From: a virus | Taxonomy: Duplodnaviria > Caudoviricetes | IMG/VR virus record: IMGVR_UViG_3300032272_000012 | Span: 1 to 58,819 of that record | Strand: one strand, 5' to 3' | DNA length: 58,819 nucleotides | Shown here: in pieces, positions 1 through 9,446 of the stretch | Layout of the letters: each line of letters begins with the position of its first letter | Numbering within the stretch: position 1 is the stretch's first letter | Program-made: the position numbers and the translations under genes | Notes under the pieces: generated by a model | What the model saw: the letters and a program-made list of their open reading frames with translations, nothing else | Databases searched by the model: none | What the model was told of the DNA's origin: nothing

Positions 1-127
1 CACTAACTTGGTTTTATAGATACACATCTATTTGATGAGCTTTCACCCAAGGCTGGGCTTTCATTATTTAAGCCCACCTTGTGCGAAAAATCAATTCAAA
101 TTTATTTTCTACTGTAATTTTAGTTAA
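1..127. repeat. Terminal direct repeat, left copy (circular assembly overlap)
   Basis: Identical to 58693-58819. 127 bp is a typical assembler k-mer. Confidence 0.95.
48..81 (+). promoter_or_regulatory. Stem-loop in the leader of the replication gene
   Basis: CAAGG-C-TGGGCTT pairs with AAGCCCA-CCTTG. Confidence 0.5.
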
Positions 128-133
128 ACTAAA
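119..133. promoter_or_regulatory. Palindromic operator-like site TTTAGTTAAACTAAA
   Basis: 7-1-7 inverted repeat that recurs upstream of several operons. Confidence 0.55.
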
Positions 134-154
134 TTCATGGAGAGGTATTTTATA

Positions 155-1705
155 ATGAGTGATGAAGTAGTTCCATATTTCAAAGTTGCAAAAAAAACAT
201 ACAAGCCAAAATCGAAACTATATGGTGATGGGTATGCTAGAGAAATTTTAAACACATTAATTGATGCTGCTGAATTTAAAAAACGCAAAAGAATTATAGG
301 CGGGAAGACTATTTATCTTGACCGTGGAGATGTTTTTATAAGCAGCACAGAGATTGAATCATCTACTGGTTTCTCAAGAAATTTAGTCTATTCGCGATTA
401 AAAATTCTTATTGAAGAGGGAACGATCAAAAAAGTAGCAAGATACAACAAAGGAACTCTTTACAAACTAGTGAAGTACGATGTTTTTCAAGATAAACCAT
501 CGAAATTAAATGAAGAATCGCTATACTGGAATAAAAAAGACAGTTTGCGGACAACTAGTGAAGGTACTAGTGAAGGTACTAGTGAAGGTACTAGTGAAGG
601 TACTAGTGAAGGTACTAGTGAAGGTACTAGTGAAGGTACTAGTGAAGGTACTAGTGAAGGTACTAGTGAAGGTACTAGCAACACTACTTTCCCTAATAAA
701 AACAGTTCGGTAAGTGCCCCTAATAAAGATAATAAAGTAAATCAATTAAATCAAACAGTAGGTAAACCTACTGTATTCCAAAAAAATTCTGAGAATCGAG
801 AACCAGAAATTCCACCACCGACTGATGAAGATTTTGAACATGTTGAATTTTTCGACTCGCAAGCTTTGTCGAACCCCGAACAAACCGATGATGATTTTCC
901 AAGCAATCAAAATTTTGAAAACCAACCACCCCAAAGCGAGCCCACTACATATGAACCCACACAAACCGAACTCGACAGGGAAGCACTTCTCGCCAAACTT
1001 GATGAGGTTTGTCCTGTCCGCAAAAAGTTGGAGCCTAAAGCAACACGAGAGGCCGAAAACTCAAACGACAACACAACAGAAACGAAAAATAATACAAAGC
1101 CTCACAAAAATTTAGAAAACGATTTAAAAGGCCGTTCTGAAGACGACACCGATAACCAAGAATACTTCCCCACCGAAATAATCGAACCAGACCCACCACC
1201 CGAATCGATGCATAAAAAAACTACAAAGAAAATATCTAAGAAAGTGGTCAAAAAGAAGACAACGAAGAAAAGTGCAAAAAGCAAACAATGTCCAGATCAG
1301 ATTTTTAAGGTTGTGACAGAATATCGAAATGCTTACCTCAATCGATATGGAGACACGCCAGCCAACAAAAGTAGAGATTTCAAGACAGCAGCAAATTTGA
1401 TCAAAGAAATCGGTTTTGAAACTGCAATGAATGTTGTTAATTTTTATTTAAGTCACAATAAAAGATTTTACGTCGATACATACCATAAGTTTGAAACTTG
1501 TTTATCAGATGCCAGTGGCTTAAAAACTCAAATGAATACTGGCAATATTCGGACTAGTATTGATGCAAAACAAATAGAGAGAAAATCACACAATTTTAAT
1601 ACGATTGCAAAAGCAGTTTCAACTTTGGATGATAGTGTCTTCAGCTTGCCAGAAGAAAGGGAAGCTCAATGCAAAATTTCAGGAAAAACAGAAGGGGGTC
1701 AATGA
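155..1705 (+). CDS. Replication initiator (N-terminal winged HTH, TSEG repeats, C-terminal helical domain)
   Basis: HTH-like segment STEIESSTGFSRNLVYSRLKILIEEG. Internal tandem array. Followed by a loader-like gene. GGAGAGG RBS favours ATG 155 over 137. Confidence 0.75.
   Translation: MSDEVVPYFKVAKKTYKPKSKLYGDGYAREILNTLIDAAEFKKRKRIIGGKTIYLDRGDVFISSTEIESSTGFSRNLVYSRLKILIEEGTIKKVARYNKGTLYKLVKYDVFQDKPSKLNEESLYWNKKDSLRTTSEGTSEGTSEGTSEGTSEGTSEGTSEGTSEGTSEGTSEGTSNTTFPNKNSSVSAPNKDNKVNQLNQTVGKPTVFQKNSENREPEIPPPTDEDFEHVEFFDSQALSNPEQTDDDFPSNQNFENQPPQSEPTTYEPTQTELDREALLAKLDEVCPVRKKLEPKATREAENSNDNTTETKNNTKPHKNLENDLKGRSEDDTDNQEYFPTEIIEPDPPPESMHKKTTKKISKKVVKKKTTKKSAKSKQCPDQIFKVVTEYRNAYLNRYGDTPANKSRDFKTAANLIKEIGFETAMNVVNFYLSHNKRFYVDTYHKFETCLSDASGLKTQMNTGNIRTSIDAKQIERKSHNFNTIAKAVSTLDDSVFSLPEEREAQCKISGKTEGGQ
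554..678. repeat. 10 perfect tandem copies of ACTAGTGAAGGT plus a partial copy (iteron-like)
   Basis: Read directly. Encodes (TSEG)10. Confidence 0.95.
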
Positions 1706-1706
1706 C

Positions 1707-2390
1707 ATGTCTAATGCAGCTGAAGAAAGAAAAAAAAGATTTATTAATTTAATGACTTTTCTTGGCGAACAATGCAGTCGTGAAGTAGAGAGTTATACTA
1801 TTGCATTTTATGCTAAAAATTTGTCTGAATATAACTTTGATAATGTGAATAAAGCACTCGAAGAAATAGCAAAAAAGACAACCAGATTTCCCACCATTGA
1901 CGAGATAAAAAACGAGATGGGAATCGAGACAACAACTCCCAAACAATTATCGGTAACACTGGCTACAAGATTATCGGAAGCTGCGCGAAAATTCGGGCGT
2001 ATCAATATACGTCAAAAACGTGATCTGATACTTAATTTCGTGGGTGACCCTAAGCTAGTATGTTTCACGTCCGAGGAGGGCTTATTCTCGCTGTATCAAA
2101 GCTTGGCAGATGATAAAATAACGGTGCAACAATGTGCAGCTAATCTTTCTAATCGCATATCAAAACTACCTCAAGAAAAAGTAGACGAAATAAACCATAA
2201 TATCGAACACCACAGCCCTAAAACTAAAGCATCTAGTGAAGACATCAAAGAACAAGCTATGTACGTGAGAAGCAATTTTGCTAACGATAAAGAACATCAA
2301 AAAAAGGTTGATGAATTTAAGGCATCTAACAATCAAACTCTAAGTGATTTAAAATATGAGTTAAAGCAAAAAGTTGGTGCATTGGATTGA
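1707..2390 (+). CDS. Putative helicase loader / replication partner (G39P or P-like)
   Basis: Immediately follows the initiator. Motif RFPTIDEIK after a helical segment. Confidence 0.55.
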   Translation: MSNAAEERKKRFINLMTFLGEQCSREVESYTIAFYAKNLSEYNFDNVNKALEEIAKKTTRFPTIDEIKNEMGIETTTPKQLSVTLATRLSEAARKFGRINIRQKRDLILNFVGDPKLVCFTSEEGLFSLYQSLADDKITVQQCAANLSNRISKLPQEKVDEINHNIEHHSPKTKASSEDIKEQAMYVRSNFANDKEHQKKVDEFKASNNQTLSDLKYELKQKVGALD

Positions 2391-2436
2391 CCTTTAAAGT
2401 ATGATAGTTTAGTTTAATTAAAATGGAAGGTTTAGC

Positions 2437-3267
2437 ATGAGTGAAGCACAGTATATTTTCAAAAAATACCCTAAAATTTATAAAAAACATAATGTAAGGA
2501 TGTCTATCACCCAAAAAATACATGGGTCAAATGCACAGATAATTATTAATAATATAGGCGACGATCAAAACCCTATATATGATGTGAAAGCAGGCTCTAG
2601 GTCTAGGGTATTATATCTTGGTGACGATAATTTTGGTTTTGCTAGATTTGTGAACGACAACAAATTAGAGCTGGCTATGTTTTTCGGTGAGGGTATTCAC
2701 TACGGAGAATGGGCAGGGAAAGGCATTAATTCAAGCGAAGGACTAGATGATAAGTATTTTGTCTCTTTTGAATGGTATTTATTTAAAGATAATGTATTAC
2801 CACCTAGTCACGTTATGAAAGTACCTGTTTTGTATGATGGTAATGTTGACTTTAATAAAATAAATGATTGTATGGACGATTTAAAAACCAATGGATCTAA
2901 GCTGGTCAAAGGATTTATGAGGCCAGAGGGTGTTGTTGTTGACGTTGGTGAACAAAAATTAAAATATGTTTTTGATAATGAAGAAACAAAATGGCAAAAA
3001 AACAAAGGTATCAACAAAGGTATCAACAAAAAAGAATTTGTAGACTATTCACATCTATGTCAACTATTGCGTTTAGAAAAACTTCTTTCTCGTGATGAAA
3101 AGTATATTAGAGAATACCCAAGAAGCTTAAAGGATATAGTCAAAGATTATGTACACGATTTAATAGATGAAGAACAGATTACAGGCGATAGTGACAAGAT
3201 AAAAGCTATTAAAAAAGGTGCATCGCAACAGATATTTAAGTTTATTAAGAGTGTAATTGAGAAATGA
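2437..3267 (+). CDS. RNA ligase, Rnl2-like
   Basis: Motif I TQKIHGSN, motif III YGEW, motif IV EGVVV, C-terminal RLEKLLSR. Confidence 0.8.
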   Translation: MSEAQYIFKKYPKIYKKHNVRMSITQKIHGSNAQIIINNIGDDQNPIYDVKAGSRSRVLYLGDDNFGFARFVNDNKLELAMFFGEGIHYGEWAGKGINSSEGLDDKYFVSFEWYLFKDNVLPPSHVMKVPVLYDGNVDFNKINDCMDDLKTNGSKLVKGFMRPEGVVVDVGEQKLKYVFDNEETKWQKNKGINKGINKKEFVDYSHLCQLLRLEKLLSRDEKYIREYPRSLKDIVKDYVHDLIDEEQITGDSDKIKAIKKGASQQIFKFIKSVIEK

Positions 3268-3514
3268 AGAAAGGCTAAAAATGGACAAGAAAATAACAGT
3301 CAAATTTTTGGAATCATATCGAGTTTATGAAAAAGAAGAAATTGTATTCAAATTTAATTATGATGGTGAGTTACTTACTTTTTTGATCAAAGATATTTCA
3401 GGTGTATATGATATGATTACGCTAAGAAATACCGCAGAAATAAAACTCAAAGACCATATGATAGCTGTTGGCTATGCTACTGAAGATAGCTGTATAGAGG
3501 TTGAGTATGGGTAG
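3257..3514 (+). CDS. Hypothetical protein
   Basis: ORF in a tightly coupled operon. Confidence 0.6.
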   Translation: MRNEERLKMDKKITVKFLESYRVYEKEEIVFKFNYDGELLTFLIKDISGVYDMITLRNTAEIKLKDHMIAVGYATEDSCIEVEYG

Positions 3515-3800
3515 AACGACGAGAGTAATAGAGATGGTTGATAGTTTGTTGAAAATGGCTGTTGCTTTCCATCGCTCACCTAACGCTGTTTTAGAGATTT
3601 ATGTTAGAACATTAATTTGTCCTGAATATCTTTTTAATAAATCTAAAGTTGATAATATCGCAAAAAAACATGGTCAACAAATAATAATGACAGCTAAAAA
3701 ATTCGCTGAAGAAGGGATATATTCATTTGGTACATTAATACCGCTTGTAACCAATGTTTTTATATTTGTTGAATATCTTGAAAAAATGAAGAAAGGTTGA
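3501..3800 (+). CDS. Hypothetical protein
   Basis: ORF in a coupled operon. Confidence 0.6.
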   Translation: MSMGRTTRVIEMVDSLLKMAVAFHRSPNAVLEIYVRTLICPEYLFNKSKVDNIAKKHGQQIIMTAKKFAEEGIYSFGTLIPLVTNVFIFVEYLEKMKKG

Positions 3801-3947
3801 GTATGAGTAAAAAATACAAATTGATTCTAACTTCACTAGCTTTGTTCTCGCTCTATTCTTTGTACGTAAGATACACTAACCCAGAACTTACAGAAACACA
3901 GTTGTTTTTGAAATTGTTTGGATTTGATTCGTGAAGAAAGGATAAAT

Positions 3948-4154
3948 ATGAGATGTAAACTTTGGATATGCGCATACTGCAAAAATGCTACTCCTAAAAT
4001 AATGGAAGAAGACCCAACATTTATGCAGCCATATTGTTCAGTATTTAATTATTTTGTCGACCCAGTTGATTTTTGTGATGATCACGAATTAGAAGATAAA
4101 TGGAAAAGTGATAGTCACCCAACAAAAGAAAGTGAGGTGAATAAAGATGACTGA
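3948..4154 (+). CDS. Small Cys-rich protein (CxxC..C..CDxHE)
   Basis: AAGGA RBS. Same Cys pattern as the KAKCC family. Confidence 0.65.
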   Translation: MRCKLWICAYCKNATPKIMEEDPTFMQPYCSVFNYFVDPVDFCDDHELEDKWKSDSHPTKESEVNKDD

Positions 4155-4326
4155 AATTGATCACGAATGCACTTATGAAATTGTATGCCCATATTGTGGA
4201 TACGAGTTTTCAGATAGTTGGGAATACGCAGACGACAACCAAGATGAACATTGTGGCAAGTGCGGAAAATATTTTGAATACACAAGGGATGTTGACGTTA
4301 CTTATACCTCTAAACAAAAGGATTGA
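4147..4326 (+). CDS. 59-aa zinc-ribbon protein (CPYC..CGKC), absent from the ORF track
   Basis: GAGGTG RBS. MTEIDHECTYEIVCPYCG translated by hand. Confidence 0.7.
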   Translation: MTEIDHECTYEIVCPYCGYEFSDSWEYADDNQDEHCGKCGKYFEYTRDVDVTYTSKQKD

Positions 4327-4327
4327 A

Positions 4328-4765
4328 ATGACTGAAAAATACAAAGTAAGAAAAATAGGCACGGGCTGGGGTTTGTTTTGTTTGGATCAAAAAGACCCGA
4401 TTGAAACATCGCTGTTCGAAGGAATAATAATTGAGTTCGCTCGTAGAAAAAACTTAGAGTGTGATGAAGAAGCAGAAGCAGAGCTAGAAGAAAACTGCGA
4501 GAATTGTAAATTTTATATTGAAATAAACACACGAACACTAGAATCATTAAAACAAAGTTCAGAATTGGCCAAAGAATGGTTTAAAGGTATAAATGGAGCG
4601 TGTCAGAGATACCCACCAAGTATAAATATAGAAAAAGAATCAGATTATTTAAGAAATACTTTCCCATTAGTAAAACATAAAACTTGGTGCGGAGAGTGGC
4701 GCTCTAAAAGCAATAAAAAGAAATACATCAAAACACCTTATGGACCAATGGAGGTCATAGAATGA
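4328..4765 (+). CDS. Cys-rich hypothetical protein (CENC..CQRYPP..WCGEW)
   Basis: ATG directly after the upstream stop. Common phage Cys pattern. Confidence 0.7.
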   Translation: MTEKYKVRKIGTGWGLFCLDQKDPIETSLFEGIIIEFARRKNLECDEEAEAELEENCENCKFYIEINTRTLESLKQSSELAKEWFKGINGACQRYPPSINIEKESDYLRNTFPLVKHKTWCGEWRSKSNKKKYIKTPYGPMEVIE

Positions 4766-4983
4766 AAAACATAATTTTAATCGAATATAATGACGGAAAG
4801 ACGAACCAAATAAAATTGAAAAAAGACCCAGAAGCTCTTTACAGTAATATAGTTGAGAATTTGAAAGCAAAAGGGTTAGTCAGATTAGAACAAGACGATA
4901 AAAATTATTTTTTGGATTGTCGAAATATTTTTTGTATTAGTTTAACTTCTAACAGAATTTTAAATAAAAAACTTGCTAAATAA
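4762..4983 (+). CDS. Hypothetical protein
   Basis: ATGA overlap and GGAGG RBS. Confidence 0.65.
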   Translation: MKNIILIEYNDGKTNQIKLKKDPEALYSNIVENLKAKGLVRLEQDDKNYFLDCRNIFCISLTSNRILNKKLAK

Positions 4984-4985
4984 AC

Positions 4986-5225
4986 ATGAGGGGTATGCAA
5001 ATGAAAGATCATATCGGTCAAGAAATAAACTTGGGAAATTATGTTGTTTTTCATTATTATTTAAGCGATTCAATGGTGTCTGGGAAAGTTGTAAAATTTG
5101 AAGTTCAACATCAATTCATACCTATTGATTTTATTGTTGTTGATATTGGTGAAAAAAATTTAATAAAATTAAATAGTATTGACTCGATAAAGTTGTGTGA
5201 CGAACAAGAAAGGCTATTGAAATGA
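4986..5225 (+). CDS. Hypothetical protein
   Basis: ORF in operon. Confidence 0.6.
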   Translation: MRGMQMKDHIGQEINLGNYVVFHYYLSDSMVSGKVVKFEVQHQFIPIDFIVVDIGEKNLIKLNSIDSIKLCDEQERLLK

Positions 5226-5407
5226 AAACAATACCGCACACAGTTGATAATATAGATATAGAGTTTTATTGTAAATGTGGAATGCTAGAGATGTGTTCAA
5301 TAAACAAGAATTTTGATCCAATAAAGAATCATTCTTGTAATTATTGTAATCAAGAATTTGTATTGAGTTTTAATGGTGGAAAGGGGAAGGTTGAGATAGA
5401 TGAGTGA
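5222..5407 (+). CDS. Small zinc-ribbon protein
   Basis: CKC..CNYC. Overlap coupling. Confidence 0.6.
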   Translation: MKTIPHTVDNIDIEFYCKCGMLEMCSINKNFDPIKNHSCNYCNQEFVLSFNGGKGKVEIDE

Positions 5408-5612
5408 TATCACATTTGTTCTTCTAGCTATAGCTTTTGTAATCGGTGCATATTGTTTAGGTGTGTGGGATGCTAGATGTAGTCAGAATAAATTAATTAA
5501 TGAAAAACACAAAGAAATAGGTTCTCTATATGATGAGAATAAGAGACTAGAACAAGAAATCGAGAGACTAGAACAAGAAATCGAGAGACTAAAAAGCGGT
5601 GCGAGAACTTAA
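5400..5612 (+). CDS. Membrane-anchored coiled-coil protein
   Basis: N-terminal TM helix. 21-bp tandem repeat encoding RLEQEIE. Confidence 0.6.
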   Translation: MSDITFVLLAIAFVIGAYCLGVWDARCSQNKLINEKHKEIGSLYDENKRLEQEIERLEQEIERLKSGART

Positions 5613-5631
5613 CGAGTGAGGGAATTAGCAA

Positions 5632-5805
5632 ATGGGAACACACAGGGATAAAAAAAATCCAATTTGCCCATATTGTCATACTGAACAGGATGACATTGAC
5701 GAAATAGACAAGATTGATCTTAGTATTGATCCTTCTATGGAGTGTCATGATTGTGGTGAAGAATTCAATGTTGAAATAAGATACACAACAAGGAACAAGA
5801 AATGA
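5632..5805 (+). CDS. 57-aa zinc-ribbon protein (CPYC..CHDC), absent from the ORF track
   Basis: GAGGGA RBS. Translated by hand. Paralogous to 4147-4326. Confidence 0.65.
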   Translation: MGTHRDKKNPICPYCHTEQDDIDEIDKIDLSIDPSMECHDCGEEFNVEIRYTTRNKK

Positions 5806-6359
5806 ATAAACAAGAAATTGAATACAAACTGAAAGAAAACAAGATTAACTTTGAAAGATATCAAGATATATTGAAAACAACTGCGATAGCTTTATCAGAC
5901 ATAGACGATCAAAAAAAAGAACTACAGGCAAAACTCGAAGAGATAAACAAAAAGCCAGAGTTTAGTTGGTGGGTTCCTAAACTTGGTGAAGACTGTGTTG
6001 TCGATGAGTATTATTATATTGATACTGCAACAGATGGAGAAGACCCTTTATATAAAGCTAATTGCTATGAGTTTAATGCTTATGGTTTAGATTTAAGAGA
6101 TTACGATTTTGAAGCATGGAAAGCACGCCAAAGAATCCAACGTACGGCTGATAAACTACATGGGTTTAGGTATGAGTTTCAAAAGGATCAAGCGAACTAT
6201 TTTATAAGAATAGATCGAGATTTGTGTATTGATGCTAACACTACAATGAAGATTCATTTTGTTATTTACTTTGAATTAGAGGAAACAGCTAAAGAATGCC
6301 TAGAGCTATGCCGCAAAGATTTCGAGTTTCTGGCTAAGGGGTTTGATAATGGTAAATGA
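5802..6359 (+). CDS. Hypothetical phage protein with coiled-coil N-terminus
   Basis: 185-aa ORF with ATGA overlap. Confidence 0.7.
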   Translation: MNKQEIEYKLKENKINFERYQDILKTTAIALSDIDDQKKELQAKLEEINKKPEFSWWVPKLGEDCVVDEYYYIDTATDGEDPLYKANCYEFNAYGLDLRDYDFEAWKARQRIQRTADKLHGFRYEFQKDQANYFIRIDRDLCIDANTTMKIHFVIYFELEETAKECLELCRKDFEFLAKGFDNGK

Positions 6360-6642
6360 AGATGATAGACAAAAATTATTCTTGCACTGGTTAGCTCATC
6401 GAGGCAATGGAGCTAGAATAAAAATCGGCTATGATACTTTTGAGTTTAAAACAGGTAAGTTTATTTGTGTCGAAAAAGGTAACTCATGTGCAGTTGACGA
6501 ATGTGAGTTAAGCCATGTTTTGCCTCATGTCCGAATTGGTAACGTTGATTTGATAACAGATAAAACGCCCGATTATTTGTCAAAATTAGAGCCGATACCA
6601 CCAAATGTGCAAATCACAATGAAGGGGTTTAGTGATGAGTGA
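6343..6642 (+). CDS. Hypothetical protein
   Basis: ORF in operon. Confidence 0.6.
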   Translation: MIMVNEDDRQKLFLHWLAHRGNGARIKIGYDTFEFKTGKFICVEKGNSCAVDECELSHVLPHVRIGNVDLITDKTPDYLSKLEPIPPNVQITMKGFSDE

Positions 6643-6708
6643 TAATGTTTTTGAAAACCAATACCAACAAGGGTTGCTAAACCAACTAGAGATAGTCAAT
6701 TCAGGCTT

Positions 6709-7077
6709 ATGCTTTGGCTTATGTACCATGTTGAGTGCGAAGAGTATGACCGTATGATTTGTGGTTCTGATGGGATACCGAAATCTATCAGAGAAAGAAA
6801 TCTTATAACTCATCACGCTCTTAAAATAAGACTTAAAGTGTTTCCTTTCCCAAAATTTGAATTTAAAGATATAGGGACACAACCAATAGGCACGTGGCAT
6901 GAAAAAATAATAGCTATTAGGTTGGTTGATCTTTCGTTAGATAGAGCTAAGATGGAATTGGATGCTATTAAAAAGGAATTGTATGGTGAACAAACACAAA
7001 TAAAAGAAAATATAATACCTCCCCCGACTCCAGACCCATCAGACGGTCGAAATATGAAAGGTGGTTGGATAACGTGA
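6709..7077 (+). CDS. Hypothetical protein
   Basis: 122-aa ORF. Start uncertain. Confidence 0.55.
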   Translation: MLWLMYHVECEEYDRMICGSDGIPKSIRERNLITHHALKIRLKVFPFPKFEFKDIGTQPIGTWHEKIIAIRLVDLSLDRAKMELDAIKKELYGEQTQIKENIIPPPTPDPSDGRNMKGGWIT

Positions 7078-7286
7078 ATAAAAGACAACGCAAGAAGAAG
7101 TTAAAGAACAAGTGTAGATGTTGTGCGTGTTGCTCTCATTTGGGTGGTTCATCTATTGATGGTGGTTACTCTCATGTATGGTGTAAAGAGTTGAAATGGG
7201 AAGGCATAGAGCATCATGATGAATTGCAAGAAAAAATAAAATGTTCTAAGTTTAAATTGATTCTTCTGAGGCAAGACGATGAATAA
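7074..7286 (+). CDS. Basic Cys-rich small protein (NKRQRKK leader)
   Basis: GTGA overlap. AAAGGTGG RBS. Confidence 0.6.
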   Translation: MNKRQRKKKLKNKCRCCACCSHLGGSSIDGGYSHVWCKELKWEGIEHHDELQEKIKCSKFKLILLRQDDE

Positions 7287-7458
7287 AAGGCAACGCAAAA
7301 AAGCACTTCAAACTAAAAGAAGAAAGTTTAATGAATGGTATATAGATAAACTGAGAGAAGGAACGACACGAAAATATAAGCCTAAGCCTAGTGAAATTAG
7401 AGGCCAGAGTGTTAGTTTTGTTATTGTAGACGATAATATCAAAGGTGGATCGGTGTGA
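7279..7458 (+). CDS. 59-aa basic protein (MNKRQRKK leader, C-terminal IRGQSVSFVIVDD), absent from the ORF track
   Basis: Translated by hand. Fills the gap exactly, with overlaps on both sides. Confidence 0.65.
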   Translation: MNKRQRKKALQTKRRKFNEWYIDKLREGTTRKYKPKPSEIRGQSVSFVIVDDNIKGGSV

Positions 7459-7808
7459 AGAGAAAAAAAGACTTGTATAGAAAGAAAAGAAGAAAATTAA
7501 AAAGAGATGCTGATTTCATTGATTATGTATTGAACACAACTACGACCGCACCAATAAAAGAAAACGCTAAAGTGTTCACAATCGAGTCGCTAAACGAAGT
7601 AATGAAATCGCTTCCAAAACCACCAACTCATAATATTTTAGCTCACCCGATAACTATAGCTAAATTTAACTTGGAGGGCGCTATACCAGACGAATTAATG
7701 AATGAAGATGAAGTTTTTAAAATACCCGTTAGAGCAGCTTTCATGCCGATGTTGGCTGAGCCAGAGTTTCGAGATAGTGAAATTAATTTTAACCCTAGGT
7801 GTTGGTGA
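7455..7808 (+). CDS. Hypothetical protein with basic N-terminus
   Basis: GTGA overlap. Confidence 0.6.
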   Translation: MKRKKDLYRKKRRKLKRDADFIDYVLNTTTTAPIKENAKVFTIESLNEVMKSLPKPPTHNILAHPITIAKFNLEGAIPDELMNEDEVFKIPVRAAFMPMLAEPEFRDSEINFNPRCW

Positions 7809-7949
7809 TGACTAAACAAGAATGGTGGGCGCTGACTAAAGAGCGAAATAAGAACATTTTTACATCTATATTAGAACATTGTTGTCTGTCACGTAAAAAT
7901 ATTTATGCACGTGAAGTATTAAATTGGCTTGAAGAGATGGAGTATTTGT

Positions 7950-8177
7950 ATGACTGAATTTGTAGAGTGTGCAAGATGCACAAGTACAGTAGATCGTGAA
8001 AATACGTGGACAACTAAAGGATCTCCACTATTGTGTGGTTTTTGCAGTGGGACACACTTAGGTATCATACAAAAATATCCAAATCAATATAGTGAGGAAA
8101 CGCTAAGGTTAGCGAAAGGTATAACTCAATCATTTAATATCATACTAAACAAAATAGAAGATTTATTGGAAAGGTAG
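7950..8177 (+). CDS. Small zinc-finger protein
   Basis: CARC..CGFC. GGAG RBS. Confidence 0.6.
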   Translation: MTEFVECARCTSTVDRENTWTTKGSPLLCGFCSGTHLGIIQKYPNQYSEETLRLAKGITQSFNIILNKIEDLLER

Positions 8178-8180
8178 ATA

Positions 8181-8366
8181 ATGACTGAAATAAAGAAAGC
8201 AAAGTGCTGTGGGACGTGTAATTTTTACGATACGAAAGATGTTGATTCAATGTGTTGTGATGAAAACCAAGGATGTGATTTAGACATGGGAAAAGCGCCA
8301 ACGCCTATAGATGATTGCGACAAACACGAATGGAAAACCGAAAACGGAATGGACAGCGGTGGGTGA
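8181..8366 (+). CDS. KAKCC-family small Cys-rich protein
   Basis: MTEIKKAKCCGTC..CDKHEW. Confidence 0.75.
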   Translation: MTEIKKAKCCGTCNFYDTKDVDSMCCDENQGCDLDMGKAPTPIDDCDKHEWKTENGMDSGG

Positions 8367-8473
8367 GAAATGATTAAACATATATTTTTGCTTCCTTATT
8401 ATGTAGCAATGGCCAATTATATTGTTGATGAATTATTGGAAGAAATAGAAAAACAAGAATGGGAGACTGAAGG

Positions 8474-8845
8474 ATGATTTACAAAGTAGCAAAAGTAAAA
8501 AGTGTATTTTTTGGATTAGAAGATCACAGGATATTAACATTTTCAATCGGTTTAGATTATGGTGGTACTCACCAAGGTTTTGGTGGTTATGCTTTAGATA
8601 CATACGACAAAGAGAAAAAAAGGCGAGTTGGTTGCGCTGCTGGAACTGATTTAATTCTTAAATTATTAAACTTTTTTGAAGTAGAACAAATAACAGATAT
8701 AAATGGTAAGTATATCTATGCAGTACTTGACAAGGACAATATATGTGGGAGCATTATTGGATTAAAACAATTAGAACCTGATGGCAACAAAGAACTGTTG
8801 ATCAAAGACTGGAAAAATGAGTGGTTCCCAGACAAAAAAAATTAA
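8474..8845 (+). CDS. Conserved-looking phage hypothetical protein
   Basis: Motifs GLEDH and QGFGGYALD. Confidence 0.7.
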   Translation: MIYKVAKVKSVFFGLEDHRILTFSIGLDYGGTHQGFGGYALDTYDKEKKRRVGCAAGTDLILKLLNFFEVEQITDINGKYIYAVLDKDNICGSIIGLKQLEPDGNKELLIKDWKNEWFPDKKN

Positions 8846-8851
8846 ATAGAG

Positions 8852-9079
8852 GTGAAAATGAAACTATCAGACTTCAAAACAAAGCAACTGAGAGTACAAG
8901 AAATCGTAAGTGATGGGAAATTGCTATTAATGAAATTCCATCAAAAGAAGATCACATCTGCAAGGTTCACGATTAAGATGAAGAAATTGAATAAAGAACA
9001 AGATCAATTGATTGCAGAGTTAGAGCCGATTGTGAGTGATCCTAGCTTGATAGTTGACGACACTGAGCCAAAGAGCTAA
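8852..9079 (+). CDS. Hypothetical protein
   Basis: ORF with GAGGTG RBS. Confidence 0.6.
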   Translation: MKMKLSDFKTKQLRVQEIVSDGKLLLMKFHQKKITSARFTIKMKKLNKEQDQLIAELEPIVSDPSLIVDDTEPKS

Positions 9080-9108
9080 AATGAAACAAGAAAAGCTGAT
9101 GTATTCTT

Positions 9109-9156
9109 AGAAGCCGCTTTAGGTGCTATAACACCCATGATAAGCGGTTTCTTCTT
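9109..9156 (+). terminator. Extended stem-loop ending the first accessory operon
   Basis: AGAAGCCGCTT/AAGCGGTTTCT with an inner GGTG/CACC stem. Confidence 0.45.
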
Positions 9157-9236
9157 GCCTAAAATTCATCATTCCAATTTAGTTTAATCTAAAGTACAAT
9201 CGTTGTATCAAACTTAAACATTTAGGAGGTGAATAA

Positions 9237-9440
9237 ATGAACGAGAAACCAACTTTTGACAACGACCATGGTGGATTTCTGTGGGCTTTAATCGGGTTTT
9301 TAATACCAGTGGTAGGGCTAATTCTCTATTTCATCTGGAACGACGATAAACCCCGTAGATGCGAATCAATCAAAACAGGCTTCACAATCGGTTTTGTATG
9401 CTGGTTTGTAACGTGGGCCTTGGCTAATTGTGGAAGCTGA
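9237..9440 (+). CDS. Small two-TM membrane protein
   Basis: AGGAGGT RBS. WALIGFLIPVVGLILYFIW..KP motif. Confidence 0.75.
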   Translation: MNEKPTFDNDHGGFLWALIGFLIPVVGLILYFIWNDDKPRRCESIKTGFTIGFVCWFVTWALANCGS

Positions 9441-9446
9441 TTAAAA

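Noticed and set aside
1-127. Biological terminal repeat
   Set aside because: The length is exactly 127 bp and it cuts through the operator palindrome, which fits an assembler k-mer overlap.
487-745. Alternative-frame ORFs (PSLV)n, (VLVK)n and (STFT)n
   Set aside because: By-products of the stop-free 12-bp array inside the initiator gene.
4157-4327. N-terminal extension of ORF 4157-4765 (likewise 1605, 18555, 19357, 14030)
   Set aside because: These overlap better-supported genes in another frame, and the downstream ATGs show coupling or an RBS.
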